From Candidatus Omnitrophota bacterium (GTDB lineage: Bacteria; Omnitrophota; Gorgyraeia; Gygaellales; Profunditerraquicolaceae): a DNA stretch of 64,000 nucleotides. The position numbers were made by a program, and so were the translations under genes. The notes beneath the pieces were generated by a model. The model was not told the origin of the DNA, searched no databases, and saw only the letters and a program-made list of their open reading frames with translations. Each line of letters starts with the position of its first letter. Within the stretch, counting starts at the first letter, position 1. Of the stretch, positions 7,836 through 18,622 are shown piece by piece. The stretch is taken from NCBI GenBank assembly GCA_041650835.1, contig JBAZKL010000002.1:14477-78476 (forward strand), read 5' to 3'.

Positions 7836-8983
7836 ACGTGCGGGATTCGGAGGTGATCTGCGGACTTTTAAAGAATGCCGGTTTCCAGATCGTCCAGGAA
7901 GAAGATGAAGCAGATGTAGTTATCTTTAATACCTGTTCTGTCCGTCAGCATGCCGAAGATAAGGTTTGGAGCGAAATAGGAAGAATAGCTAAATCGAGAA
8001 AAAAAGATTGCTTCGGCGCAAAAAACGCGCCTCGCAATGACACTCGTTGCGGTTATCCGATTATTGGATTGGTTGGATGCATGGCGCAGAATTATAAAGA
8101 AGCAGCCTTTGACCGCTCTGAATACCTCAATTTTGTCGTGGGGCCGTCAGATATAGATAAGATTCCCGGAATTGTTGCTAAAGTCGCCAGTCGCCAGCCG
8201 TCTGTCACCAGTTCAAATTTATTTGAAACGAAAATCTGGGAGACAGATGGAACTATCAGGCCGGAAGATGTATATCATAGCGGTTTTTATGAAGAAAAAG
8301 ACCACGCCTTTGTCGTTATATCCGAAGGCTGTTCCAATTATTGTTCTTATTGCGTGGTCCCTTTTGTGCGGGGAGAAATACACCATCGTCCGCATAAAGA
8401 GATCATGAATGAAATAAAACAGGCCCTCGATAGGGGGATCAGCCGTATTACGCTCCTGGGGCAGAATGTGAATGCGTATGGATATGAAGATGTTAGTTTC
8501 GTTAAGCTTGTTGAGTTCGTTAATGCCGTGAAAGGATTAAAAGAGTTCAGTTTTATTACGTCGCACCCGAAGGATACTTCGCTTGAGTTATTCAAAGCGA
8601 TGGCTGACCTGGAAAAACTGAAAAAATACCTGCATTTGCCTGTTCAGGCCGGCTCAGACAGGATCCTGAAATTAATGAATCGCGGGTATACTCAGAAATT
8701 TTATCTGGACTTGGCGGATAATTATCGTAGAATTGTAAAGGGTGGCGTATTGACATCTGATATCATTGTCGGCTTCCCTACGGAAACCCGGGAAGAGTTC
8801 CAGGATACCTATGACCTGGTTAAACGCGTAGAATTTAACGCGGCTTATATTTTTAAGTATTCTCCCCGTCCGCATACGCATGCGCAGCACCTGGTTGATG
8901 ATGTCGATAAACAGGAAAAGGCGCGCCGGCATAAGCTGGTTTTAGAGCTGCAGAAGGCGATCTCTAAGAAGGTCAAAAAGTAA
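7736..8983 (+). CDS. miaB: tRNA-i6A37 methylthiotransferase MiaB
   Basis: N-terminal KKLRVLLRTFGCQMN motif, comparable to E. coli KKLHIKTWGCQMN. Radical-SAM motif CSNYCSYC and a TRAM C-terminus are present. The first 100 nt overlap the recombinase 3' end in another frame, so the start codon is uncertain (ATG 7736 or GTG 7805). Confidence 0.85.
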   Translation: MVENERKDDNTGDSGGKSPKKLRVLLRTFGCQMNVRDSEVICGLLKNAGFQIVQEEDEADVVIFNTCSVRQHAEDKVWSEIGRIAKSRKKDCFGAKNAPRNDTRCGYPIIGLVGCMAQNYKEAAFDRSEYLNFVVGPSDIDKIPGIVAKVASRQPSVTSSNLFETKIWETDGTIRPEDVYHSGFYEEKDHAFVVISEGCSNYCSYCVVPFVRGEIHHRPHKEIMNEIKQALDRGISRITLLGQNVNAYGYEDVSFVKLVEFVNAVKGLKEFSFITSHPKDTSLELFKAMADLEKLKKYLHLPVQAGSDRILKLMNRGYTQKFYLDLADNYRRIVKGGVLTSDIIVGFPTETREEFQDTYDLVKRVEFNAAYIFKYSPRPHTHAQHLVDDVDKQEKARRHKLVLELQKAISKKVKK

Positions 8984-8997
8984 GGAGCAGGCTTAAC

Positions 8998-9810
8998 GTG
9001 AATAATGTTTTTTTCAATATGCGCGTAAATTTTATGAGTAATTCAAAAACAGCCTTGTTTGTTTTATTCTTTCTGCTTTTGACAAGGGATCTTTCTTTCG
9101 CGCTCAATCTTGAAAAGGTCAAGGTTGATTTTCTAAGCGGGGATTATAAAGCTGCCATTAAAGAGGGTGAAAAGATCCTTGCTGCCGCGGGACACGCCCC
9201 TGATATCGACCAGCTTTATTGCCTGCTTGGGCTTTCTTATTTAAAAGACGGCAATTATCTGCGTTCATCGGATATCTTTGAGATAATCTTAAAGGAATTC
9301 AAGAATAGCCCAACGAGGGAAGAGGCCGGCCTCGGCTTGGGGGATGCTTATTTCTTACAGAAAAATTTCGAAAAAGCGGATGCCTGTTATAGGGATATGC
9401 TCACCATAAAGCCGCAGACCAAGTATAAGGCGGCACTTTTCAGCCGTTTGAGTGAGACAGCATATAAACGCGGCGATGTCGAGAGCGGAAAAAAATTTGC
9501 CGATAAATTAAAGGAAGAATTTCCCCTTAACCTGGAATCGAGCATTGAAAAAGATATTTGCTCATTAGGGGAATTCTCCAGCGGCGCTTTTTACACGGTG
9601 CAGGTCGGCTGTTTTAGCAGCCTGACCAACGCCAATAACCTGCGTAATAAATTAAGCAAAAGCGGCTATGATGCTTTTTCAGAGGTGTCGAGCGTAAAGG
9701 GAAAGCCGCTCTATCGCGTGCGTGTCGGCAAGTTCAGCAAGCGTGATGACGCTGCCGCGTTAGAAAACAAATTGTCTCAAGAAGGATATCCCACTAAGAT
9801 TTCCCCCTAA
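8998..9810 (+). CDS. TPR / SPOR-domain protein (peptidoglycan-binding)
   Basis: Contains a signal-peptide-like hydrophobic segment, TPR-like repeats and a C-terminal SPOR repeat (YTVQVGCFSS...YRVRVGKF). An alternative start at M13 (position 9034) is possible. Confidence 0.6.
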   Translation: MNNVFFNMRVNFMSNSKTALFVLFFLLLTRDLSFALNLEKVKVDFLSGDYKAAIKEGEKILAAAGHAPDIDQLYCLLGLSYLKDGNYLRSSDIFEIILKEFKNSPTREEAGLGLGDAYFLQKNFEKADACYRDMLTIKPQTKYKAALFSRLSETAYKRGDVESGKKFADKLKEEFPLNLESSIEKDICSLGEFSSGAFYTVQVGCFSSLTNANNLRNKLSKSGYDAFSEVSSVKGKPLYRVRVGKFSKRDDAAALENKLSQEGYPTKISP

Positions 9811-9818
9811 AAACATAC

Positions 9819-10766
9819 ATGCCTCATTCGGATCAGCGGCTTCTTATGAAACAAAAGGTGATTTTTATAGTCGGGCCGACCGCTGTTGGGAAGACCGACG
9901 TGGCAGCGCGCATCGCGCTGAAGCTCGGCGGAGAAATAATATCCTGCGATTCAATGCAGGTTTATAAGGGTATGGATATTATTTCTTCCAAGGCAAGTAG
10001 CGTTCTGCGTAAAAAGGTCCCTCATCATCTGCTTGATGTTGTTTCACCGGAAAAAGAATACAACGTTTCTGAATACCGGACAGCCGCGCTCAAGGCGCTC
10101 AGGAGCATCCTTAAGCGTGATAAGGTCCCGATATTCGCCGGAGGGACGGGGCTGTATATGACAATATTGATCGATGGTATTTTTAAGGAGAAGGCGCAAG
10201 ATCAGGGGATCCGTTCCCGCTTATATGCCGACGCTTTGAAACTGGGAAGCGCGGCTTTACACGAAAGGTTAGCGCTCGTTGATCCGGAGGCGGCGGGCAG
10301 GATCCATCCGAATGATACCAAGAGGGTCGTCCGCGCGTTGGAAGTGTTCGAGTCAACGGGTAAGCCGATCTCATTGCTGCAGAAAAAACGCCGCGGGCTC
10401 TGCGATACCTATGATGTAAGGATCTTTTGCCTGAATATGGGGCGCAAGGAGCTATATCGAAGGATCGATGAACGGGTAGAGAGAATGTTTAAAAAAGGGT
10501 TGATGGACGAAGTCATCTCGCTTTTGCGATTAAAATTGAGTAAGACCGCAGTTTACGCTATCGGGATAAATGAGCTGAAAGATCATCTCGCGGGCTTGTC
10601 TTCATTAGATGAGGCAGTAGCCTTGATGCAGAAAAACAGCCGTAATTACGCCAAAAGGCAGTTGACCTGGTTTCGTAAGGACAGGCGTATCCGGTGGGTT
10701 GAGGTTGGAGATGAAGAACGACCGGAGCGGGTAGCTCAGAGGATATTGAAGGAGTTGAAGAGTTAA
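9819..10766 (+). CDS. miaA: tRNA dimethylallyltransferase MiaA
   Basis: P-loop motif GPTAVGKT and SCDSMQVYKGMDI. A start at M10 (position 9846) is also possible. Confidence 0.85.
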   Translation: MPHSDQRLLMKQKVIFIVGPTAVGKTDVAARIALKLGGEIISCDSMQVYKGMDIISSKASSVLRKKVPHHLLDVVSPEKEYNVSEYRTAALKALRSILKRDKVPIFAGGTGLYMTILIDGIFKEKAQDQGIRSRLYADALKLGSAALHERLALVDPEAAGRIHPNDTKRVVRALEVFESTGKPISLLQKKRRGLCDTYDVRIFCLNMGRKELYRRIDERVERMFKKGLMDEVISLLRLKLSKTAVYAIGINELKDHLAGLSSLDEAVALMQKNSRNYAKRQLTWFRKDRRIRWVEVGDEERPERVAQRILKELKS

Positions 10767-10819
10767 ACAGGTTATCCGGTTTTCGGGTATCCGAGAGTGT
10801 TGATAACGAAAGAGAGACT

Positions 10820-12079
10820 ATGGAAAAAGTATTGCTGGTGACCATAAAGTTGAAATCGGATAGAAGCAATTGGGGCGTTGACGATATTATCGAGGAAATG
10901 GAAGAGTTGACCTTGACCTGCGGCGCTGAAATAATCGATAATGTGACCGCGGTCATTGAAAAGCCGACGCCTAATCTTTTTGTCGGCAAGGGTAAGACGG
11001 ATGAAATTGCCATGCTTTGCGCTGAATTAGGGATAGACACCGTGGTTTTCAGCTGCGACCTCTCGGGAACGCAGCAGCGTAACCTGGAAGAGGTGCTGGG
11101 CAGGAAAACAATCGACCGCACGCAGCTGATCCTGCATATATTTGCCAAGCACGCGCACAGCCCTGAAGGGAAGATGCAGGTCGAGCTGGCTCAACTGCAG
11201 TATATGCTTCCCCGGCTCATCGGTAAAGGCATTATCCTTTCCCGTATGGGCGGCGGTATCGGCACAAGCGGGCCCGGCGAACAGAAGCTTGAGGTCGACC
11301 GCAGGCGTATCAGGAAGAAGATCGATAAACTCAAGAATGATTTGAGCGGCTTTTCTCAGCACCGCCAGACGATCAGAAAAAAAAGAAAAGATAATGCTGT
11401 CCCGACAATCGCGCTGGTCGGATACACCAACGCCGGGAAATCCACGCTTTTAAACGCGCTGACCGGCGCGAGCCAGGTTGTCGCCAACAGCTTGTTCACG
11501 ACCCTGGATACATTGTCGAAAAAACTGGTTTTGCCCAATGGCGAGCAGGTTATTCTTTCCGATACGGTCGGATTCCTGCAGCATCTGCCGCATCATCTTA
11601 TTGAAGCTTTTAAGGCAACGCTTGAAGAAGTTGTCGACGCCGACCTGTTGATCCATGTTCTGGATGTAAGCCATCCGCGCGTTTATGAACACCATGAGTC
11701 CGTGGTCGAAGTTTTAAAGGAGTTGAAAGCCGATAGCAGGCCACTGATAACCGCTTTAAATAAAATTGACCTGCTTGACGATAAGGCGTGGCTGGAAAAA
11801 CTCAAAAATGATTTTGTTAACGCGATCGCGATATCCGCGACTTCCAAGGCAAACTTTGAGCTTTTATTCCTTGAGATCGAGAAGAATTTTGCTTCCAAGA
11901 TGGTTTGTGCCGATTTAAAGATCCCGAATAGCAGGATGGACCTGGTCAATCTTTTTTATAAGGAAGCGCGAGTTGAAAAGATCAAATATTCAGCTGATTC
12001 TATTTTGGTATCGTTAACAATATCAAAGATCCTTTATCATAAACTGCTTCAAGATAATGATGTTACGTTAATCAGTTAG
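10820..12079 (+). CDS. hflX: GTPase HflX
   Basis: HflX N-domain plus G-domain motifs LVGYTNAGKSTLLNALTG and DTVGF. Confidence 0.85.
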   Translation: MEKVLLVTIKLKSDRSNWGVDDIIEEMEELTLTCGAEIIDNVTAVIEKPTPNLFVGKGKTDEIAMLCAELGIDTVVFSCDLSGTQQRNLEEVLGRKTIDRTQLILHIFAKHAHSPEGKMQVELAQLQYMLPRLIGKGIILSRMGGGIGTSGPGEQKLEVDRRRIRKKIDKLKNDLSGFSQHRQTIRKKRKDNAVPTIALVGYTNAGKSTLLNALTGASQVVANSLFTTLDTLSKKLVLPNGEQVILSDTVGFLQHLPHHLIEAFKATLEEVVDADLLIHVLDVSHPRVYEHHESVVEVLKELKADSRPLITALNKIDLLDDKAWLEKLKNDFVNAIAISATSKANFELLFLEIEKNFASKMVCADLKIPNSRMDLVNLFYKEARVEKIKYSADSILVSLTISKILYHKLLQDNDVTLIS

Positions 12080-12140
12080 AATATCTAATTATTTCTATTA
12101 AAAATGCTTGACAAGATATTAGTTTTATGTTAGATATATA

Positions 12141-12431
12141 TTGAGGATAGAAAAGAGGAGGGTCACGATGGGAACCTTTGATATTTACATCAGCCCTGAT
12201 GAACCGGTATATGTGATCAGCGTGGTGAGCAAACTGGTGAGCTTACCGGTGTGGACACTGCGCCAGCTTGATAAGGTGGGAGTGGTGAGGCCGCATCGTA
12301 TCGGCAAGAAAAGCCGGCTTTATTCATTGAAAGATGTTAAGAGGCTTGAATATATACATTATCTAATGGAAGAAAAACACGTGAATATAAGCGGGATCAA
12401 GTTGATACTTGAATTGGAAATAAAAGAATAG
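12141..12431 (+). CDS. MerR-family heat-shock regulator, HspR-like
   Basis: 96-aa MerR-type HTH (VYVISVVSKLVSLPVWTLRQLDKVGVVRP). It lies directly upstream of clpB, the usual HspR context. A possible TTGACA promoter sits at about 12108. Confidence 0.55.
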   Translation: MRIEKRRVTMGTFDIYISPDEPVYVISVVSKLVSLPVWTLRQLDKVGVVRPHRIGKKSRLYSLKDVKRLEYIHYLMEEKHVNISGIKLILELEIKE

Positions 12432-12448
12432 ATTTTTTTTGTTTTGTT

Positions 12449-12475
12449 ATTAGCACTCATGCATGTTGAGTGCTA
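12449..12475. promoter_or_regulatory. CIRCE operator (HrcA binding site), perfect consensus
   Basis: TTAGCACTC-atgcatgtt-GAGTGCTAA, with an exact 9-bp inverted repeat and a 9-nt spacer. It lies between hspR-like and clpB. Confidence 0.85.
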
Positions 12476-12523
12476 ATTAACGGATGAATTTAAAGGGGCG
12501 CTTTATAAAAAGAGAGGCAATAC

Positions 12524-15139
12524 ATGAGATCAGATAAGTTTACTGCTAAGTTACAGGAAGCGTTTCAGGACGCGGTAAGCCTGGCTACGGAATCGAACCA
12601 TCAACAGGTGGAGCCGGAGCATTTGTTCCTGATCCTATTGAAACAGGAGGACAGTATTATCGCCTCTGTTTTGAACGCGTTGGGCATACAGGCAGGCTCT
12701 TTTGTTAAATTGATCGAGGAGGAGCTGCAAAAGAAGCCTACGGTCAGCGGCGGGAACGCGCAGATCTATTTTTCTCCCCGGACTAACAAGTTGTTTAACG
12801 CGGCGAACAAGGAAGCGAATTTCCTGAAGGATGAATACATTTCCGCGGAGCATTTATTGCTGGCGGTTTTATCCGACCAGGAGGCGGTAGTGGCCAGGGA
12901 ACTTAAAAAAGCAGGCATTAATAAAGAAAAGATATTGGCCGCGTTGACGGATATACGCGGAAGCCATCGTATTACCGATGACACTCCGGAAGAGAAGTTT
13001 AAGGCCCTGGAAAAGTACGGGCAGGACCTTACCCTGCTTGCCGAGCAGATGAAGCTTGACCCGGTGATCGGCAGGGACAAAGAGATCAGGCGTTTGATGC
13101 AGGTTTTATCCCGGCGCACCAAGAATAACCCGGTTTTGATAGGGGATGCCGGAGTGGGGAAGACCGCTATTGTTGAAGGTTTGGCGCAGCGTATTACTTC
13201 TAAAGATGTTCCGGAGGGATTGAAGAATAAGCGCATTGTAGCCCTCGATCTCGGAAGCCTTGTCGCCGGCACTAAATTCAGAGGCGAGTTTGAGAACCGG
13301 CTTAAGGCTGTGTTGCGCGAGATACAAAGCAAGAACGGCCAGATAATCCTTTTTATTGACGAGATCCATACCATTGTCGGCGCGGGCGCCGCGGAAGGGG
13401 CTATTGATGCTTCGAATATGCTCAAGCCGCTCCTGGCGCGCGGACAGCTGCGTTGCATAGGCGCGACAACGCTTGATGAATACAGGAAATATGTTGAAAA
13501 AGACAAGGCTTTGGAGAGAAGGTTCCAGAGTATTTTTGTAGGTGAGCCCTCTGTCCAGGATACGGTGGCGATCCTGCGCGGTTTGAAAGAAAAGTACGAG
13601 GTGCATCACGGGGTGCGGATACTGGATTCCGCGTTGATCGCGGCGGCAACGCTTTCCGACCGCTATATTACCGACAGGAACCTTCCCGATAAGGCGGTGG
13701 ACCTGATTGATGAGGCTGCTTCCCGGCTGCGTATTGAAATAGACAGTATGCCGGTAGAGATCGATGTGGTCCAGAGAAAGATCATTCAGCTTGAGATCGA
13801 ACGCCAGGCTTTAAAAAAGGAAAAAGATAAACTGTCCCTGGCGCGTTTGAAGAAGATCGAACAGGAACTGGATGATCTGAATAAGGAGATAAATATTAAG
13901 AAGCAGCATTGGGAAAAAGAAAAAGCGATCATACTTAAGATCAAGGATGTCCAGTCTAAAACAGAAGAGCTTAAGAATGAAGCCGCCGCCGCGGAGAAGG
14001 TCGGCGATCTGGATAAGGTCGCTGAGATCAAATACGGCAGGCTGGTGGCGCTGGATAATGAATTGAAGAGGCATAATGAACAGCTTAAGGAGACGCAGAA
14101 AACCGTCAGCATGCTGCGCCAGGAGATAGGCGATGATGATATCGCTGAAGTGGTCGCGGAATGGACCGGTATCCCTTTGACCAGGCTTAAGGAAGCCGAG
14201 ACCGCGAAATTAGTGAAAATGGAAGAGCGCTTAAAGACAAAGGTTATCGGACAGGACCAGGCGATCGAGTCTATCGCTCATTGCGTCAGGCGGTCCCGTT
14301 CGGGTTTGTCCGACGAATCGCATCCTATGGGGTCATTTATTTTTATGGGCCCGACCGGTGTCGGCAAGACAAAGCTGGCAAAGACGCTTGCCTGGTTCTT
14401 GTTTGACGACGAAGAGGCGATGGTGCGCATCGACATGTCGGAATATATGGAGAAATTCAGTGTTTCCCGGCTGGTGGGAGCGCCTCCCGGCTATGTCGGT
14501 TACGAGGAAGGAGGGCAGTTAACGGAAAAAGTAAGGAGAAGGCCCTATTCGGTCGTGCTTTTTGATGAGATCGAAAAGGCGCATCCGGAAGTCTTTAATC
14601 TTATGCTTCAGATATTGGACGAAGGTAAGATCACTGACAGCCAGGGCAGGGTGGTTAATTTCCGCAATACCGTTATTATTATGACGTCGAATATCGGAGC
14701 GGAGATCATCCATCAGCATAATTTGATCGGGTTCAACGGCAAGAAGCAGGCATTGAATTTTGAAGATATGAAGTCCGGCCTTCTTGCCGAAGTCAAGAAA
14801 TTCTTCCGTCCTGAATTCCTGAACCGGATAGATGAGATAATCGTTTTTAATCCGTTAAGGAAAGAGGAAATGGGGAAAATCGTCGATATCGAATTGGAAC
14901 CGGTGATCAGGCGTTTAGCGAACCAGGGGATACGTTTGGAAGTGACTTCCAAGGCAAAGGAATTTCTGGTGCAGAATGGTTTTGATATCAATTTCGGCGC
15001 CAGGCCTTTGAAACGCACGATCCAGAAGTACATCCAGAACCCTCTTTCGCTTAAAATACTTGATGGAACGCTCAAGGAGGGAGAGGTAGTAATAGCTGAT
15101 TTTGACACGGCTAAAACCATCATTTTCCGAAAGGGTTAG
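12524..15139 (+). CDS. clpB: Chaperone ClpB (AAA+ disaggregase)
   Basis: 871 aa. Clp N-domain, two AAA modules (GDAGVGKT and GPTGVGKT) and a long middle coiled coil. Confidence 0.9.
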   Translation: MRSDKFTAKLQEAFQDAVSLATESNHQQVEPEHLFLILLKQEDSIIASVLNALGIQAGSFVKLIEEELQKKPTVSGGNAQIYFSPRTNKLFNAANKEANFLKDEYISAEHLLLAVLSDQEAVVARELKKAGINKEKILAALTDIRGSHRITDDTPEEKFKALEKYGQDLTLLAEQMKLDPVIGRDKEIRRLMQVLSRRTKNNPVLIGDAGVGKTAIVEGLAQRITSKDVPEGLKNKRIVALDLGSLVAGTKFRGEFENRLKAVLREIQSKNGQIILFIDEIHTIVGAGAAEGAIDASNMLKPLLARGQLRCIGATTLDEYRKYVEKDKALERRFQSIFVGEPSVQDTVAILRGLKEKYEVHHGVRILDSALIAAATLSDRYITDRNLPDKAVDLIDEAASRLRIEIDSMPVEIDVVQRKIIQLEIERQALKKEKDKLSLARLKKIEQELDDLNKEINIKKQHWEKEKAIILKIKDVQSKTEELKNEAAAAEKVGDLDKVAEIKYGRLVALDNELKRHNEQLKETQKTVSMLRQEIGDDDIAEVVAEWTGIPLTRLKEAETAKLVKMEERLKTKVIGQDQAIESIAHCVRRSRSGLSDESHPMGSFIFMGPTGVGKTKLAKTLAWFLFDDEEAMVRIDMSEYMEKFSVSRLVGAPPGYVGYEEGGQLTEKVRRRPYSVVLFDEIEKAHPEVFNLMLQILDEGKITDSQGRVVNFRNTVIIMTSNIGAEIIHQHNLIGFNGKKQALNFEDMKSGLLAEVKKFFRPEFLNRIDEIIVFNPLRKEEMGKIVDIELEPVIRRLANQGIRLEVTSKAKEFLVQNGFDINFGARPLKRTIQKYIQNPLSLKILDGTLKEGEVVIADFDTAKTIIFRKG

Positions 15140-15166
15140 TGGGTAAGAAATAATTGCGTGTAAGAG

Positions 15167-15227
15167 TTGACATATAAATAAAATATGTTAAAATTATGGT
15201 TTAGCATTCTAGGGTAGAGAGTGCTAA
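15167..15227 (+). promoter_or_regulatory. Sigma-70-type promoter (TTGACA-16-TAAAAT) followed by a CIRCE operator upstream of hrcA
   Basis: TTGACA at 15167-15172 and TAAAAT at 15189-15194. CIRCE TTAGCATTC-tagggtaga-GAGTGCTAA lies at 15201-15227, with one mismatch to consensus. Confidence 0.7.
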
Positions 15228-15240
15228 AACGAGGTGAAAA

Positions 15241-15978
15241 ATGGTAAAAGTCGTTGATTATGAATCACGCAGAAGGGCGATCTTATCGGCAACGATAAAC
15301 AAGTATATCAGCGCGGGTATTCCCGTTGCCTCTGATGAGATTGCCTGTGATTTTGACTTGAGTTCGGCTACGGTCCGCAATATTTTCGGCGAATTGGAGA
15401 AAGCCGGCTACCTGACTCATCCGCATACTTCGGGAGGAAGGGTTCCGACCAATAAAGGGTATCGGTATTACGTGGATTTCCTGGTCTCTCAGATAGACCT
15501 GCTTGATGAGGAAAAAGAACGCGTTATCAAAGGGTATAAAATAGAGGTCAGGCAGTTAGCGGATGTTTTAGAGAAGACCTCTGAAGTGATATCCGTGATC
15601 ACGCATCATGCCGGTATCGTATCGTTCCTTGAATGGCAGGATAAGCTCTTCTATAAAGGAATAAGCTATGTTTTAAGCCAGCCGGAATTCCAGAATCTCG
15701 AGCGGATACGCTTTTTGATCAAGATCATAGAAGATAAACAGCGGTTACTGGATATCATCAACCAGAGCTTCAGCGATAAGGTCAAGATATATATAGGAGA
15801 AGAGCTTGGGTGCGAGGAGATCGACGGCTGTTCGTTAGTCGTCGCTACCTACCAGGTGCGCAGGAAACCAGTGGGAAGGCTCGCGGTCCTCGGGCCCAAA
15901 CGGATGGAATATAACCATATAATTCCCGCGCTGGAATATATAGCGGGAGTTTTAACCGATGTTTTAGATGATTTTTAG
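15241..15978 (+). CDS. hrcA: Heat-inducible transcription repressor HrcA
   Basis: Standard position ahead of grpE-dnaK-dnaJ; protein 245 aa; a CIRCE operator lies upstream. Confidence 0.8.
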   Translation: MVKVVDYESRRRAILSATINKYISAGIPVASDEIACDFDLSSATVRNIFGELEKAGYLTHPHTSGGRVPTNKGYRYYVDFLVSQIDLLDEEKERVIKGYKIEVRQLADVLEKTSEVISVITHHAGIVSFLEWQDKLFYKGISYVLSQPEFQNLERIRFLIKIIEDKQRLLDIINQSFSDKVKIYIGEELGCEEIDGCSLVVATYQVRRKPVGRLAVLGPKRMEYNHIIPALEYIAGVLTDVLDDF

Positions 15979-16597
15979 AAAGAAAGATATGGATAATAAC
16001 AAGCATAGTCATAAAGAAGCCGATAAGGCGCCTGAAAAACCGAAAGAAGATCATGATGGCGGAAAAGAAAGGTCCGTCATTATTCCCGAAGCAGAGTACG
16101 CCTTGCTTAAGGAGGATGCCGCTAAAGGACAGGAGGCCTGGGATAAGATGGTCAGGGTGCAGGCGGATTTTGATAATGTCCGTAAGCGCCTGGAACGTGA
16201 AAAACAGGAGTTCGTTAAATTCGCCAATGAAGGCATCATCGCCGAGTTATTAAATACCCTTGATGACCTTGAACGGGCGGTAGATCTCGCGGAATCCAAG
16301 CATCAGGATATGCCCGCGTTCTTAAAAGGCATTGAGATGGTTTTGGCGCATTTGTACGAGTTGTTGAAAAAACACGGAATTAAGCCGATGGATGCTTTAG
16401 GCAAGGCCTTCGACCCGAATTGTCATGAAGCATTGATGCAGGTCGAAGATAAAAATATGCCGGAGCATACCGTTGTGGAAGAATTGCAAAAAGGGTATTA
16501 TTTGAACGAACGGGTCATACGAACGGCTAAAGTGAAGGTCAGTAAGCAGAAAGCGGAAGAAAAGACCGAAGATAAAGAGGAAAAGAAAGAAAAATAG
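15968..16597 (+). CDS. grpE: Nucleotide exchange factor GrpE
   Basis: 209 aa with a GrpE coiled-coil and C-terminal domain. Overlaps the hrcA stop. Confidence 0.8.
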   Translation: MIFRKKDMDNNKHSHKEADKAPEKPKEDHDGGKERSVIIPEAEYALLKEDAAKGQEAWDKMVRVQADFDNVRKRLEREKQEFVKFANEGIIAELLNTLDDLERAVDLAESKHQDMPAFLKGIEMVLAHLYELLKKHGIKPMDALGKAFDPNCHEALMQVEDKNMPEHTVVEELQKGYYLNERVIRTAKVKVSKQKAEEKTEDKEEKKEK

Positions 16598-16640
16598 GGT
16601 TTCTCTAAACAAAGATTTAAGGAGCTCAAGGAGGTGTGTC

Positions 16641-18527
16641 ATGGCTAAAGTAATAGGAATAGACTTAGGGACTTCAAATTCAGCCGCGGCTGTCATGGAA
16701 GGCGGCAGGCCGGTGATTATACCGTCTGCTGAAGGAGCCGGTGTTGCTTCCGGTAAAGCGTTCCCTTCATATGTCGCTTTTACCAAGGATAACCAGCGGT
16801 TAGTCGGTGAGCCGGCGCGGCGCCAGGCGGCAATTAATGCCGAAGGCACCATTCAGGCCGCCAAGCGCAAAATGGGCAGTGATTATAAATTCAAGGTATA
16901 TGGAAAAGAGTATACCCCCCAGCAGATCTCCGCGTTTATTTTGCAGAAGATCAAACAGGACGCGGAAAACTATCTGGGAGATAAAGTTGAAGAAGTTGTT
17001 ATTACCTGTCCTGCTTATTTTGACGATAACCAGCGGACCGCGACAAAAGACGCCGGAGAGATAGCCGGCCTTAAAGTACTGCGTATCATTAACGAGCCGA
17101 CCGCGGCTTGTTTGGCCTATGGCTTGGAAAAATCGCAGAAAGAGCAGAAGATCATGGTCTTTGACTTAGGCGGCGGGACCCTGGATGTTACGGTCATGGA
17201 AATGGCGCAGGGAGTTTTTGAAGTGAAGACCACGCACGGCGATACCCAGTTGGGCGGTACCGATATGGATAATACCATGATCGAATATATCACCGGCCAA
17301 TTCAAAAAGGAAACAGGCATCGATTTAAAGAACGATAAAATGGCGGTACAGCGCGTGCGTGAAGCAGCCGAGAAGGCAAAGATCGAATTGTCTTCCACGG
17401 TGACAACGGACCTTAATTTGCCGTTTATCACCGCGGATGCTACCGGCCCGAAGCATCTGACCATGTCTATTACCCGCGCGAAGCTGGAAGAATTGGTCAG
17501 CCCGATTATCGACCGTTGCCGTAAGCCCATGGAAGAAGCGTTGAAAGACGCTAAACTTACCGCCCGCGATATCGACAGGATCATTATGGTCGGCGGACCG
17601 ACCAGAATGCCGGTCGTCCAGAAGTTTGTGGAAGAATATGTCGGTAAAAAGATCGAACGCGGCGTAGACCCTATGGAATGCGTCGCATTAGGGGCTGCTA
17701 TACAGGCGGCGATCATTAAAGGCGATATGAAAGACGTGCTTTTGCTTGATGTTACGCCGTTATCGCTGGGTATTGAGACTTTAGGCGGGGTCAGCACGAA
17801 GCTTATTGAAAGAAATACGACCATTCCGACCAAAAAGAGCCAGGTTTTCTCGACGGCCGCCGATAACCAGACCGCGGTGACTATCCGCGTGCTGCAGGGC
17901 GAGCGCCAGATGGCTAACGATAACGTGGAGCTGGGAAGCTTCGACCTGGTCGGTATTCCCGCGGCGCCGCGCGGCATTCCGCAGATCGAAGTCGGCTTCG
18001 ATATCGACGCCAACGGTATCGTCCATGTTTCGGCAAAGGACCGGGGCACCGGGAAAGAGCAGTCGATACGGATAACCGCCCCGAAAAAGCTTTCGAAAGA
18101 AGAGATCGATAAGATGGTCAAAGACGCTGAGAAATTCGCCGCGGAAGATACCAAGAAGAAAGAAGAGATCGAAATCGTCAATCAGGCGGATACCATGGTT
18201 TATTCCACTGAAAAATCCCTGAAGGAATACGGGGATAAGGTAAGCCAGGCGGAGCGCGTTGAAATTGAAGCAAAGCTTAATGACCTGAAAACGGCCATTA
18301 AAGATAAACATGTTGAACGGATCAAAAAGTCAATGGAGGATCTGACAAAATCAGCTCATAAATTGGCTGAAGAGATATATAAACAGGCTGCGGCCAAGCA
18401 ACAGCAGTCCCAGCAGGAACAGCCCGGGAAAGCGGATCCTCAAGCCGGCCCTTCGGAAGAAGAACCTAAAAAGAAGGAAGAGGATATAATCGACGCTGAT
18501 TTTAAAGAGGAAGACGATAAGAAATAA
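16641..18527 (+). CDS. dnaK: Chaperone DnaK (Hsp70)
   Basis: Motifs [18 protein letters not shown] and the Hsp70 signature sequences; 628 aa. Confidence 0.95.
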   Translation: MAKVIGIDLGTSNSAAAVMEGGRPVIIPSAEGAGVASGKAFPSYVAFTKDNQRLVGEPARRQAAINAEGTIQAAKRKMGSDYKFKVYGKEYTPQQISAFILQKIKQDAENYLGDKVEEVVITCPAYFDDNQRTATKDAGEIAGLKVLRIINEPTAACLAYGLEKSQKEQKIMVFDLGGGTLDVTVMEMAQGVFEVKTTHGDTQLGGTDMDNTMIEYITGQFKKETGIDLKNDKMAVQRVREAAEKAKIELSSTVTTDLNLPFITADATGPKHLTMSITRAKLEELVSPIIDRCRKPMEEALKDAKLTARDIDRIIMVGGPTRMPVVQKFVEEYVGKKIERGVDPMECVALGAAIQAAIIKGDMKDVLLLDVTPLSLGIETLGGVSTKLIERNTTIPTKKSQVFSTAADNQTAVTIRVLQGERQMANDNVELGSFDLVGIPAAPRGIPQIEVGFDIDANGIVHVSAKDRGTGKEQSIRITAPKKLSKEEIDKMVKDAEKFAAEDTKKKEEIEIVNQADTMVYSTEKSLKEYGDKVSQAERVEIEAKLNDLKTAIKDKHVERIKKSMEDLTKSAHKLAEEIYKQAAAKQQQSQQEQPGKADPQAGPSEEEPKKKEEDIIDADFKEEDDKK

Positions 18528-18622
18528 TTTTGGAGGACAACGGGCCGGTGGTCTATAGTCGATAGTCTATGAGCAGAGCTTTAGACTATTGACCATCGAC
18601 TATTGACCCGGAGTCATTTAAC

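Noticed and set aside
17117-18181. 354-aa minus-strand ORF inside dnaK. Similar long antisense ORFs occur at 51686..52561 in ugd, 12766..13506 in clpB, 3556..4158 in the primase, 10558..11148 across miaA/hflX and 35719..36282 across pilM/pilN.
   Set aside because: These are shadow ORFs antisense to well-supported, motif-rich genes. They have no RBS and no recognisable domains, and are typical of GC-rich coding sequence.
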